A DNA stretch of 64,000 nt from NCBI GenBank assembly GCA_965228895.1, contig OZ245842.1, forward strand, positions 4,320,001 to 4,384,000, read 5' to 3'. Made by a program: the position numbers and the translations under genes. Positions 15,072 to 24,477 of the stretch are shown one piece after another. The first letter of the stretch is position 1, and each line of letters opens with the position of its first letter. The notes beneath the pieces are model-generated. The model worked only from the letters and a program-made list of their open reading frames with translations, had not been told where the DNA came from and ran no database searches. Origin of the DNA: Alphaproteobacteria bacterium (GTDB lineage: Bacteria > Pseudomonadota > Alphaproteobacteria > SP197).

Positions 15072-16520
15072 TTAGCCGGCAGCGCGCAGAGACGTCTGGT
15101 CCGCGCCGGCCTTGGCTTGCAGATAGTGGTGAATTCCCTCGGCGGCATCCCGCCCGTCGCGCACCGCCCACACGACAAGCGACGCGCCACGCACGATGTC
15201 GCCCGCCGCGAACACGCCATCCAGGTTCGTTGCGCCTGTCGTCAGCTTCGACTTGACCGTGCCCCATTTGGTCGTCACGAGATCGGGCACGTCGAACTGC
15301 GCAGGGATGTCGTCGGGATCGAACCCAAGCGCCTTCAGAACAAGCTGGGCATCTTGCCGGAACTCCGATCCCGGTACCGGCTGCGGCGTCAGGCGACCAC
15401 TTGAGTCAGGCTCGCCGAGCCGCATCTTGACCGCGCGAACGGCATCGACATGGCCGTCGCCCTGGAAGGCTTCGGGCAATGCCAGGAACTCGAAGACAAC
15501 GCCTTCTTCCATGGCATAGGCGACCTCGCGCTGGCTGCCCGGCATATTGCCGCGGTCGCGACGGTAAAGGCAGGTGACGGCGTTGGCGCCTTGGCGCACG
15601 GCGGTGCGCACGCAGTCCATGGCGGTGTCGCCGCCGCCGATCACAACGACGTCCTTGCCGGCCGCGTTCAAGACACCGCTGTCGAACGCCGGCACCACGT
15701 CGCCCAATCCTTTACGGTTGCTCGCGATCAGATAGTCGAGCGCCGGCACGATACCGTCCAGGCCGACGCCAGGCGCCTTGATGTCACGCGCCGTGTAGAC
15801 GCCGGTCGCAATCAGGATGGCATCATGACGCCCGCGGAGTTCCGCGAACGAGACGTCGCGGCCGACATCCGTGTTGGGATAGAGGCTGACACCGCCCTCG
15901 GCCAAGAGGTCGACGCGGCGCGAGACCACATGCTTCTCCAGCTTGAAGTTGGGGATGCCATAGACCATCAAGCCGCCCAGGCGATCGTGCCGGTCATAGA
16001 TCGCAACCTGATAGCCGCGTCGGCGCAGCATTTCGGCCGCCGCCATGCCGGCGGGGCCGGCACCGATAATGCCGACCGACTGCTCGCGTTCGCGCCGCGG
16101 GCGCGGCGGCTTGACCCAGCCGTTCGCGAAGGCAGTCTCGGTGATGTACTTCTCGACCGAACCGATGGTGACGGAGTCGAAACCCTTTTCGATCACGCAA
16201 TTGCCTTCGCAAAGGCGGTCTTGAGGGCAGATGCGGCCGCAGATTTCTGGGAAGTTGTTGGTCGCCGAAGCGACCTCATAGGCCTCCTCGAGCCGATCTT
16301 CGGCGGTCAACATCAGCCAGTCGGGAATGTTGTTATGCAGCGGGCAGTGCACCTGGCAGAACGGAATGCCGCATTGCGAGCAGCGCGACGCCTGTTCGGC
16401 CGCGAACTCACTTTGGAATTCGTCGAATATCTCCGCGAAATCTTCGCGCCGCACGCTGGCGTCGCGCTTGGGTGGCCGGCGCTGCGCCGTATCCACGAAT
16501 TTCAGCAGTTTCGCTGACAT
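15072..16520 (-). CDS. gltD: Glutamate synthase small subunit
   Basis: RCSQCGIPFCQVHCP, CGRICPQDRLCEGNC, GAGPAG, GGGDTAMDC, FAAGDIVRGASLVVWA. ATG 16520. Confidence 0.96.
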   Translation of the reverse strand: MSAKLLKFVDTAQRRPPKRDASVRREDFAEIFDEFQSEFAAEQASRCSQCGIPFCQVHCPLHNNIPDWLMLTAEDRLEEAYEVASATNNFPEICGRICPQDRLCEGNCVIEKGFDSVTIGSVEKYITETAFANGWVKPPRPRREREQSVGIIGAGPAGMAAAEMLRRRGYQVAIYDRHDRLGGLMVYGIPNFKLEKHVVSRRVDLLAEGGVSLYPNTDVGRDVSFAELRGRHDAILIATGVYTARDIKAPGVGLDGIVPALDYLIASNRKGLGDVVPAFDSGVLNAAGKDVVVIGGGDTAMDCVRTAVRQGANAVTCLYRRDRGNMPGSQREVAYAMEEGVVFEFLALPEAFQGDGHVDAVRAVKMRLGEPDSSGRLTPQPVPGSEFRQDAQLVLKALGFDPDDIPAQFDVPDLVTTKWGTVKSKLTTGATNLDGVFAAGDIVRGASLVVWAVRDGRDAAEGIHHYLQAKAGADQTSLRAAG

Positions 16521-16605
16521 CTCATTCCCCTGGGACCGCCCCGCCATGGGGCTGGACTGGGTCTATAGGAGAAAAACGCAGGCGGTGCGAGGGAAATCGA
16601 CAATA

Positions 16606-16711
16606 TAGGTCAATATAGGTGACACAAGTGAATCTGACTTTTTACGGTTCCCTGACAGCCGTCGACTTTTGCGCCTCACTCAGGAATCTTTAGGTCTGGT
16701 ATACTTACCTA
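16606..16711. promoter_or_regulatory. Two imperfect palindromic sites, consensus TAGGTCA-N7-TGACCTA, in the gltD/uppP divergent region
   Basis: TAGGTCA-ATATAGG-TGACACA at 16606-16626 and TAGGTCT-GGTATAC-TTACCTA at 16691-16711. Confidence 0.55.
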
Positions 16712-16777
16712 TTTATTCCCAACCTATCCACCGCAGGTGGGTGTTAGGATGCCGGCGCAGCCGGTCGGAGGGCGCGT

Positions 16778-17566
16778 TTGACACTATTCCAGCTTGCGGT
16801 GCTGGCGGTTATCCAGGGTATCACCGAGTTTCTGCCCATCAGTTCCTCAGGCCATCTGATTCTGGTTCCCGAACTGACCAGCTGGCCCGATCAAGGGCTG
16901 CTGATCGACGTTGCCGTCCATACGGGTTCCCTGCTGGCGGTGGTGCTCTACTTCATCCGTGATCTCTGGCAGCTGACACGCGGGCTTATCGCGCGCGGCA
17001 GCGCCAGCACGCGGCCCCAGGTCGGGATGCTGATCGCCGCGACCATCCCGGTCGGCATCGCCGGGTTCGCGGTGCACGAGATTGGCCAGGAAAACCTGCG
17101 CGATCCCCAGATCATCGCCTGGGCGACGATCGTCTTCGGCATCCTGCTCTATGTCGCCGACCGCGTCGGCATGACGCTTCGCCGCATGGAACACATGACA
17201 TGGGGCGCAGCGCTCACCATCGGCTTTGCCCAGGTTCTGGCGCTGATCCCGGGCACCAGCCGTTCGGGTATCACCATGACCGCCGCGCGGATGCTGGGTT
17301 TCGAACGGGCCGACGCCGCGCGTTTTTCGATGTTGCTGTCGATCCCGGTCATCCTGGCGGCTGGCCTGCTGGCCGGGATCGACCTCTACCAAGCCGGTGA
17401 CGCCAGACTGACGTCCGCCGCCCTGGTCGCCGGCGGCCTCGCCTTTGTCGCGGCCTACATCGCGATCTGGGGCCTGATGGCGTGGCTGCGCCGCGCTAGC
17501 TTCACGCCGTTCGTCATCTACCGCCTCATCCTGGGCGTCGGCTTGCTGATCTGGCTCTATACCTGA
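16778..17566 (+). CDS. uppP: Undecaprenyl-diphosphate phosphatase
   Basis: IQGITEFLPISSSGHL and ALIPGTSRSGIT motifs; multi-TM. Confidence 0.97.
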   Translation: MTLFQLAVLAVIQGITEFLPISSSGHLILVPELTSWPDQGLLIDVAVHTGSLLAVVLYFIRDLWQLTRGLIARGSASTRPQVGMLIAATIPVGIAGFAVHEIGQENLRDPQIIAWATIVFGILLYVADRVGMTLRRMEHMTWGAALTIGFAQVLALIPGTSRSGITMTAARMLGFERADAARFSMLLSIPVILAAGLLAGIDLYQAGDARLTSAALVAGGLAFVAAYIAIWGLMAWLRRASFTPFVIYRLILGVGLLIWLYT

Positions 17567-17567
17567 A

Positions 17568-17589
17568 CCGTCAGCCGGCCAGCTGACGG
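17568..17589. terminator. Hairpin between convergent genes (possible terminator)
   Basis: CCGTCAGC-CGGCCA-GCTGACGG perfect 8-bp stem; no U-tract. Confidence 0.45.
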
Positions 17590-18540
17590 CTATCCGAACT
17601 TCGGCCGGCCCTTCAGACCGCCACGCCGGTATTGGGCCAGATATGTCGGAACAATGACTTCGACCGTCGTCGGGTTGATGCCCAGCTCAGCCAGTCCCGG
17701 TTTGTCGCCGGACGCCACGTTATCGATCTGCATCAAACGCACCTGATCCGGCGTGACCAGGGGCACCGGCATGAATTGCAGAAACAGCGCCTGCAGGTGT
17801 GCGACCGCATAGGGCAGTGGCAGCAGCTCGCAACGGCGCTGGGTCTCGCGCACGACGATCTTCATGAGGTCGCGGAACGTGTAGACGGTGGGCCCGCCCA
17901 GCTCGAAGACCTGTCCCTGCGTCGCCGGATCGTCCAGGCAGGCGACGATGGCCGAGGCGACGTCACAGACATATACCGGCTGGAACCGCGTCTTGCCGCC
18001 GCCAAACAGCGGCAGCACCGGCGACACCACGGCGAGCTTGGCGAACAGATTGAAAAACCCGTCCTCGGGCCCGAAGACAATGCTGGGCCGGATGATGGTG
18101 GCGCCGGGGAAGGTCTCGGTCACGATCTTCTCGGCGGATGCCTTGGATTTCGCATAAGACGAGGGCGAACTCTCAGAGGCGCCGATCGCCGAAATCTGGA
18201 TCAGACGCTCGACCCCGTGGGCCTTGGCCGCGTTAGCGATATGGCGGGCGGCCTCGACATGGGTGCGCGCGAAGTTCTGGCGGCCGCGCTCATACAAGAT
18301 GCCAACCAGGTTGATAACCGCGTCGGAGCCGCGAATGGCCGCGTCGACCGAAGCCTGGTCACCGACGTTGGCGGCAACCGGGACGATCTGGCCGACATCG
18401 CCCAGCGGCTTCAAGAACAGCGCCGCTTCCGGGTCACGGCCGGCAACAACGATGCGCCAGCCGTCATCGGCCAGCCGCTCGACGAGATAGCGGCCGATAA
18501 AGCCGGAACCGCCGAAGATCGTGATCTGACGTGGTTTCAT
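17590..18540 (-). CDS. Complex I NDUFA9-family atypical SDR
   Basis: ITIFGGSGFIGRY, VINLVGILYE, IRPSIVFGPEDGFFN, FQPVYVCDVA. ATG 18540. Confidence 0.92.
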   Translation of the reverse strand: MKPRQITIFGGSGFIGRYLVERLADDGWRIVVAGRDPEAALFLKPLGDVGQIVPVAANVGDQASVDAAIRGSDAVINLVGILYERGRQNFARTHVEAARHIANAAKAHGVERLIQISAIGASESSPSSYAKSKASAEKIVTETFPGATIIRPSIVFGPEDGFFNLFAKLAVVSPVLPLFGGGKTRFQPVYVCDVASAIVACLDDPATQGQVFELGGPTVYTFRDLMKIVVRETQRRCELLPLPYAVAHLQALFLQFMPVPLVTPDQVRLMQIDNVASGDKPGLAELGINPTTVEVIVPTYLAQYRRGGLKGRPKFG

Positions 18541-18620
18541 GGGTTTCTCCAGGCACGGTCGCTGCCGTGTGGCGCGCATCTTATCGCCGGAATTGGGCCA
18601 GGCAAGCGGGCACGAAGCCG

Positions 18621-18649
18621 TTGACAGCGCGGGGCCGTGCGCATAGTGA
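18621..18649 (+). promoter_or_regulatory. Putative sigma70 promoter of tRNA-Leu
   Basis: TTGACA-N17-TAGTGA, 10 nt before the tRNA. Confidence 0.6.
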
Positions 18650-18659
18650 CACAGCCCGG

Positions 18660-18746
18660 GCCCAGGTGGCGGAATTGGTAGACGCGCAGGTTTCAGGTAC
18701 CTGTGGGGGAAACCCCGTGGAAGTTCGAGTCTTCTCCTGGGCACCA
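18660..18746 (+). tRNA. tRNA-Leu(CAG)
   Basis: GCCCAGG/CCTGGGC acceptor stem, anticodon arm CAGGT-TTCAGGT-ACCTG, long variable arm GGGG-GAAA-CCCC, TTCGAGT T-loop, encoded CCA. Confidence 0.97.
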
Positions 18747-18813
18747 AGTTCTCGGATCGCACGCCAAATCAGTGCGGTCACAGGCAGGCTTCCTGCGACA
18801 GAACGGTTCCTTT

Positions 18814-19425
18814 ATGGCGCATATTCTTTATCAAGGTGACCTCCCGGACGATCTCGACCTCGGCCCGGTCGTCGCCATCGATACCGAGACCATGGGTCTC
18901 GACCTGAGCCGTGATCGGTTGTGCCTGGTCCAGTTGTCGTCGGGCGACGGCAACGCCCATCTGGTCCAGTTCGCCAAAGGCGCGTATGACGCGCCCAACC
19001 TGAGCGCGCTGTGCGCCAACCCGGATGTTCTGAAGCTCTTTCATTTCGCGCGTTTCGACCTGGCAGCGCTCTATCGCTATCTGGGCATTGTCTGCAGCCC
19101 CGTCTACTGCACCAAAATCGCGTCGAAATTCGTACGCACCTTCACCGACCGCCACGGCCTGAAGGATCTGTGCAAGGAGCTGCTGGACGTCGATATCTCC
19201 AAACAGCAGCAAAGCTCCGATTGGGGCGCGGCGGAACTGACCAACGACCAGCTCAAGTATGCGGCGTCGGATGTGCTGCACCTCCACCGTTTAAGGGAAC
19301 GGTTGGACGAGATGTTGGTCAGGGAGGGCCGTGACGGCTTGGCGAAAGCGTGTTTTGACTTCCTACCGTACCGCGCCCAACTCGACCTTTTGAACTGGGA
19401 CGAGCCGGACATCTTTTCTCACTGA
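18814..19425 (+). CDS. rnd: Ribonuclease D (short alphaproteobacterial DEDD exonuclease)
   Basis: AIDTETMGL, RLCLVQL, KLFHFARFD, QQSSDWG, YAASDV. ATG 18814. Confidence 0.92.
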   Translation: MAHILYQGDLPDDLDLGPVVAIDTETMGLDLSRDRLCLVQLSSGDGNAHLVQFAKGAYDAPNLSALCANPDVLKLFHFARFDLAALYRYLGIVCSPVYCTKIASKFVRTFTDRHGLKDLCKELLDVDISKQQQSSDWGAAELTNDQLKYAASDVLHLHRLRERLDEMLVREGRDGLAKACFDFLPYRAQLDLLNWDEPDIFSH

Positions 19426-19535
19426 TCGCAGGGCAGGGCTTGCGCCGGTTAACGGCGGCCCCACCTATGTGGTAAGTTATTGAAACAAAAAGACGCGCTG
19501 CGCATTAGGGTGGCCGCCACGACGCCCGATTCGGA

Positions 19536-20213
19536 GTGACTGTGACGACAGAGCAGATTGATAGCCGCCAGGCTGGATCGCACGGCTGGGTGGTGACGCC
19601 CAACGTCCGCCGTGCCCGCCTGACGGGCGGCTACAGCCGTTTTGTCGCCTTTATGCGCTGGCTGCTGCCGATTGGCGCTGTGGCGCTGGCGGCCGCGTTG
19701 ATCGCATGGCCGTACATCGAATCGCGCGACGAGGGCTTCACCCTGATGATGTCGGATCTCGAGGTCGATGACGCCGGCCGCCTGGTGATGGATAACGCTC
19801 GTTTTCTGGGCACCGACGACAAGGGCCAACCCTATACGGTCACCGCGATCGCGGCCTGGCAGGACCCTAACGAGGACGAAATCATCAACCTGGAGACGCT
19901 GCAGGGCGATATCACCCTTCAATCCGGCGCCTGGATTGCCATCAGTGCGGCGACAGGACGCTACGACCGGCCGGCCGAACGACTGATCCTGGAGCACGAT
20001 GTCAGTGTCTTCACCGACGAAGGGTATGAACTTCATACCGACGTCGCCGAGTTTGACCTGAGCCAGGGCACCGGCTGGGGCGACAAGCCGGTCTCCGGTC
20101 AAGGTCCAGCCGGTTTGCTGGAAGCCCAGGGTTTTCGTCTTTCTGAAGGAGACGGCAAAATTCATTTCGTCGGCCCCGTCCACATGACGCTGTTTCCGGG
20201 ATCCGCCGAATGA
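19536..20213 (+). CDS. lptC: LPS export periplasmic protein LptC
   Basis: YSRFVAFMRWLLP plus a single TM and beta-rich remainder; directly upstream of lptA-lptB. Confidence 0.85.
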   Translation: MTVTTEQIDSRQAGSHGWVVTPNVRRARLTGGYSRFVAFMRWLLPIGAVALAAALIAWPYIESRDEGFTLMMSDLEVDDAGRLVMDNARFLGTDDKGQPYTVTAIAAWQDPNEDEIINLETLQGDITLQSGAWIAISAATGRYDRPAERLILEHDVSVFTDEGYELHTDVAEFDLSQGTGWGDKPVSGQGPAGLLEAQGFRLSEGDGKIHFVGPVHMTLFPGSAE

Positions 20214-20734
20214 AGCGGGTGATAGCGGGCCTGACACTGAGCGCGCTGCTAGCGGCCGCCCCGGTTTATGCACAGGTCGTCGACTCCGGCTCCCACGATA
20301 CGTCGCTGCCGATCGCCATCACGGCCGACGCCATGGAGGTCGAGCAGGAGTCCCAGCGGGCGATTTTCCTGGGCGCGGTCGACGTTGAGCAAGGCGATCT
20401 GCGGCTCAAAGCCGACGAGCTGATTGTCTACTACCGCGATAAAGAGGCCCAGGACGACAACGCGATCTACCGAATCGAGGTCACCGGCAACGTGACGTTC
20501 GCCGCGCCGAACGAGACTGCAAAAGGCGACTTAGGAGTCTATGATGTCGATGTCGGTACCATCACACTGTCGGGCAATGTCGTGCTGACCAGCGGCGAAA
20601 ACGTCATTCGTGGCAACGAAGCCATCATGAACCTGGAAACGGGCAAGAGCGAGGTGCGCGGCGGCGCCGGTGACGATGGCCGCGTCGAAGGTCTGTTCGT
20701 CCCCGACAAATCGGGTGACGAGGAAACGCCATGA
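20210..20734 (+). CDS. lptA: LPS transport periplasmic protein LptA
   Basis: Signal peptide, PIAITADAMEV, FLGAVDVEQG, GRVEGLFVP (OstA-like). Confidence 0.9.
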   Translation: MKRVIAGLTLSALLAAAPVYAQVVDSGSHDTSLPIAITADAMEVEQESQRAIFLGAVDVEQGDLRLKADELIVYYRDKEAQDDNAIYRIEVTGNVTFAAPNETAKGDLGVYDVDVGTITLSGNVVLTSGENVIRGNEAIMNLETGKSEVRGGAGDDGRVEGLFVPDKSGDEETP

Positions 20735-21519
20735 CGGAGTCCACGTTGACCTCTTTGACCAAAGCCGCCAATGCCGGACCGAAGCTCGTCACCGACAATG
20801 TCGGACTGGTGGCCGAGAACCTGGGCAAGAGCTACCACAAGCGCCCGGTTCTGCGTGACGTCAGCCTGGGCGTCGAACGTGGCGAGGCGGTTGGCTTGCT
20901 GGGTCCCAACGGCGCCGGCAAGACGACGTGCTTTTATCTGATCACCGGCCTGATCACCGCGGACGCAGGCACCATCTCACTCGACGGCGATAACATCACC
21001 GAACTGCCGATGTACAGGCGCGCCCGACTTGGGATCGGCTATCTGCCCCAGGAAGCATCGATCTTTCGCGGCATGACCGTCGAAGCCAACATCCGCGCCG
21101 TACTCGAAGTTGTCGAAAAGAACCGCGAAGTCCGCGAGCAGATGCTGGACGAACTGCTGGCCGAGTTCTCCATTTCGCATCTTCGGCGCGCGCCGGCCCT
21201 GGCGCTGTCAGGTGGTGAGCGGCGGCGTGTCGAAATCGCCCGCGCGCTGGCCTCGCGGCCCAGCTTCATGCTGCTGGACGAGCCGCTCGCTGGCATTGAT
21301 CCCATCGCGGTCGGCGAAATTCGCGAACTCGTTTCGCACCTCAAGGATCGGGGAATCGGTGTTTTGATCACCGACCACAACGTTCGCGAGACATTGGATA
21401 TCATTGATCGCGCTTACATCCTCCATGAGGGTACACTGATGATGGAGGGCGCTCCCTCCGAGATTGTCGCCCATGAGGGCGTCCGTCGAGTCTATCTGGG
21501 CGACCGCTTCCAGCTTTAG
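20731..21519 (+). CDS. lptB: LPS export ABC transporter ATPase
   Basis: GPNGAGKTT, YLPQEASIFR, LSGGERRRVEIAR, ITDHNVRETL, VYLG. Confidence 0.97.
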   Translation: MTESTLTSLTKAANAGPKLVTDNVGLVAENLGKSYHKRPVLRDVSLGVERGEAVGLLGPNGAGKTTCFYLITGLITADAGTISLDGDNITELPMYRRARLGIGYLPQEASIFRGMTVEANIRAVLEVVEKNREVREQMLDELLAEFSISHLRRAPALALSGGERRRVEIARALASRPSFMLLDEPLAGIDPIAVGEIRELVSHLKDRGIGVLITDHNVRETLDIIDRAYILHEGTLMMEGAPSEIVAHEGVRRVYLGDRFQL

Positions 21520-21528
21520 GCATTCATC

Positions 21529-23019
21529 ATGGCAATGTCCGCCAAACTCGATCTTCGGCAGTCACAGACGCTTGTCATGACGCCGCAGCTGCAGCAGGCG
21601 ATCAAGCTGCTGCAGCTGTCGAATATCGAGTTGGCCGCGTTCGTCGAACAGGAACTGGAACGCAATCCCCTGCTGGAGCGGGCACAGTCCGACGCCGATA
21701 CCGGCGAAACACAATCTGACCAGCCGACGGACACGCCGGCGAACAGTGACACCGCGGAATCCGACTTTGGCCGTGCCGATCAGCCTACCGGCGAACCCGC
21801 CGAAGGTGGCGACGATGTTGCCGTGGGTTCCTACGATTCCAGCCCCTTGTGGCAGGGATCGATGTCGGGCGGCCGTTTCGACGGCGACGATCTGGCTGGC
21901 GTCGAGCAAACCGTCGCCACAACCGCATCGCTCTATGATCACCTGGCGCGTCAGATCTATTTGGAAATCTCGGAACCGGCAGAGCGGATCGCCGCGACCT
22001 ACCTGCTCGATCTGCTCGACGAAGCCGGTTATCTGGCCGGTGACCTGGACGAAGCCTCACGCCACCTTGGCTGTACGCGTGCCTTCCTGGACCGGGTGGT
22101 CGACAAGGTCCAACACTTCGACCCGCCGGGTATCTTCGCGCGCGACCTCAAAGAATGCCTGGCGCTGCAACTGACCGATCTAAACCGGCTCGACCCGGCC
22201 ATGCAGGCGCTGCTCGATAACCTCGAACTGGTCGCGCGGCGCGACATGGCCGAGCTCAAGAAATGCTGCGGCTGCTCCGACGACGACATCGCCGACATGC
22301 TGGGCGAACTCAAGGCGCTCGACCCCAAACCCGGTCTCAGGTTCGATGCCGAGCCCTCCCAGACCGTCATCCCGGACGTCAACGTCCGGCCCAAGCAGGG
22401 CGGCGGCTGGCAGGTGGAGTTGAACAGCGACACCCTGCCGAAGGTGCTGACCAACCAGCGCTACTATGCGGAGATCAGCAGCGGTGCGCGCAACAAGGAA
22501 GACAAGGAGTTCCTTGCCGAAAAGTGGAATTCCGCCAACTGGCTGGTCAAGGCCTTGGATCAGCGGGCCCGCACCATCCTGCGTGTCGCGCGCGAAATCG
22601 TCCGTCAGCAGGATCTGTTCTTGATTAAGGGCGTCGAGCATCTGCGCCCGCTCGTCCTGCGCGACATCGCCGAGGTGCTGGAACTGCACGAAAGCACCGT
22701 CAGCCGCGTCACCAGCAACAAATACATGGCGACGCCGCGCGGCATCTTTGAGTTGAAGTACTTTTTCACCGCGTCGATAGGCAGCACAGGCGACGGACCC
22801 GCGCATTCGGCCGAGGCGGTCCGCCACCGTATCAAGGCGCTGATTGATGCCGAACCACCAGATAAGGTGCTATCTGACGACGGTCTGGTGGAAATCCTGA
22901 AGGCCGACGGCATCGACATCGCCCGGCGCACGGTCGCGAAATACCGTGAATCCATGCGGATTCCATCCTCTGTGCAGCGTCGGCGAGACAAGAAAGTTCG
23001 CGCAACGTCAAAGACTTAG
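21529..23019 (+). CDS. rpoN: RNA polymerase sigma-54 factor
   Basis: LVMTPQLQQAIKLLQL, HESTVSRVT, RpoN box ARRTVAKYRE. Confidence 0.98.
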   Translation: MAMSAKLDLRQSQTLVMTPQLQQAIKLLQLSNIELAAFVEQELERNPLLERAQSDADTGETQSDQPTDTPANSDTAESDFGRADQPTGEPAEGGDDVAVGSYDSSPLWQGSMSGGRFDGDDLAGVEQTVATTASLYDHLARQIYLEISEPAERIAATYLLDLLDEAGYLAGDLDEASRHLGCTRAFLDRVVDKVQHFDPPGIFARDLKECLALQLTDLNRLDPAMQALLDNLELVARRDMAELKKCCGCSDDDIADMLGELKALDPKPGLRFDAEPSQTVIPDVNVRPKQGGGWQVELNSDTLPKVLTNQRYYAEISSGARNKEDKEFLAEKWNSANWLVKALDQRARTILRVAREIVRQQDLFLIKGVEHLRPLVLRDIAEVLELHESTVSRVTSNKYMATPRGIFELKYFFTASIGSTGDGPAHSAEAVRHRIKALIDAEPPDKVLSDDGLVEILKADGIDIARRTVAKYRESMRIPSSVQRRRDKKVRATSKT

Positions 23020-23050
23020 CCTCAAAATTCGATCTAAGTTGCGACCGCGC

Positions 23051-23079
23051 TTGAGTCGGGCCACATCCAGCGCTATATG
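23051..23079 (+). promoter_or_regulatory. Putative sigma70 promoter upstream of hpf
   Basis: TTGAGT-N17-TATATG. Confidence 0.55.
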
Positions 23080-23208
23080 TGCGCTCCCCAAATTGGGGCC
23101 GGGGTACCGGGCGGGCGCGCTGGTATTCTGAGAAGACCGAGGACAAACGGTCGCCCGATGCAATCGCATCGACCTTATGACGCTGCGTTTTACGATACAG
23201 GAACCAAC

Positions 23209-23505
23209 ATGAAGATCGCCGTAACCGGGCATCAGATTGATATTGGCGATGCCCTGAGACAGCACGTGGCCGAGCGGCTAGAGCATGGCGTCAGCAAGTA
23301 TTTCGACGATGCGATCGAGGCGCACATTCGGTTTTCGCGCGAGGGTAACCTTTATCGCGCGCATGTCTCGGCCCATGTCGGCAAGGACATCTCCGCCGAA
23401 GGCCAAGCCGATGACGCGGATATCTACGCGAGCTTCAACGCCGCGGCCGAACACGTGGAAAAGCAACTGCGGCGCGTTAAGCGCAAACTGCGGGACCATC
23501 ATTGA
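23209..23505 (+). CDS. hpf: Ribosome hibernation promoting factor / RaiA, short form (98 aa)
   Basis: MKIAVTGHQIDIGDALR, KYFD, EKQLRRVKRKLRDHH; SD ACAGGAA before ATG 23209. Confidence 0.93.
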   Translation: MKIAVTGHQIDIGDALRQHVAERLEHGVSKYFDDAIEAHIRFSREGNLYRAHVSAHVGKDISAEGQADDADIYASFNAAAEHVEKQLRRVKRKLRDHH

Positions 23506-23556
23506 GGTGATGCCCGCCGCCCGTGCAAGGCCGGCGGACACGCCCAAAGGAAGACC

Positions 23557-24021
23557 ATGGAGATAACCGATATTCTGAAGCAAGAGGCTGTCATCGCCCA
23601 TCTGAAGGCCGGCAGCAAAAAACAAGCGCTTCAGGATTTGGCCCATCGCGCCGCCGGAATTGTCGGCCTCGATGAGCGCACCATCTTTGATGCCCTCTTG
23701 GAACGCGAGCGGCTCGGCACCACCGGCGTCGGCTTAGGCATCGCCATTCCGCACGCCAAGATGCCCAATCTGGACCGGTTGCACGCGGTGTTCGCGCGGC
23801 TCGATACGCCGGTCGACTTCGAGGCGATCGACGAACAGCCGGTCGATCTCATGTTCCTGCTCCTGGCGCCCGAATCTGCCGGTGCTGACCATTTAAAGGC
23901 ACTGGCCCGCGTCTCGCGCTTGCTGCGCAATCAGGTCGTCTGCGAGAAACTGCGCGGCGCCGACAGTGCCGAGGCGATCTTCGCCCTGCTCTCCGATACC
24001 GAGGCCAGCCAGGCCGCCTGA
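23557..24021 (+). CDS. ptsN: PTS EIIA-Ntr
   Basis: ERERLGTTGVGLGIAIPH, GADHLKALARVSR. Confidence 0.96.
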   Translation: MEITDILKQEAVIAHLKAGSKKQALQDLAHRAAGIVGLDERTIFDALLERERLGTTGVGLGIAIPHAKMPNLDRLHAVFARLDTPVDFEAIDEQPVDLMFLLLAPESAGADHLKALARVSRLLRNQVVCEKLRGADSAEAIFALLSDTEASQAA

Positions 24022-24027
24022 TCCCAG

Positions 24028-24477
24028 ATGACCCTGATCCATGGCACCTCGATCCTTGTGGCGGGTGCCGGTGTTTTGCTCCGGGGCCCATCGGGCAGCG
24101 GCAAGTCGGATCTGGCGTTCCGCATGATCGAAGCCGGCCAGGCCATCCTCATCGCCGACGATCAAACCGATCTGCGGCCCGTTGACGGCCAGCTCAACGC
24201 GACATGCCCGTCCCGGTTGGCCGGCCTGATCGAGGTGCGCGGCATCGGCATCTTGCGGCGCCCCCACAGGACGGAAGCGGCCATCGGCCTGGTCATCGAC
24301 CTTGTCGCTCACAACGAGGTGCCGCGCCTGCCCGATGCCCTGACGACCTCGCTGGAGGGGGTCACGGTGCCGCAATTGAGCCTGTGCGCGTTCGAGGCAT
24401 CAGCCCCAGCCAAGGTCGTTGCCGCCGCTGAGGGTGTTGCCACTGCCCGCAACAAATCCCGCATCACCCATGTCTGA
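24028..24477 (+). CDS. hprK: HPr kinase/phosphorylase, short alphaproteobacterial form
   Basis: IHGT, GVLLRGPSGSGKSDLA, IADD, GLIEVRGIGI. Confidence 0.9.
   Translation: MTLIHGTSILVAGAGVLLRGPSGSGKSDLAFRMIEAGQAILIADDQTDLRPVDGQLNATCPSRLAGLIEVRGIGILRRPHRTEAAIGLVIDLVAHNEVPRLPDALTTSLEGVTVPQLSLCAFEASAPAKVVAAAEGVATARNKSRITHV

Noticed and set aside
18541-18813. ORF-track extensions of the NDUFA9-like gene and rnd across the tRNA-Leu
   Set aside because: They overlap a bona fide tRNA; better starts are at 18540 and 18814.
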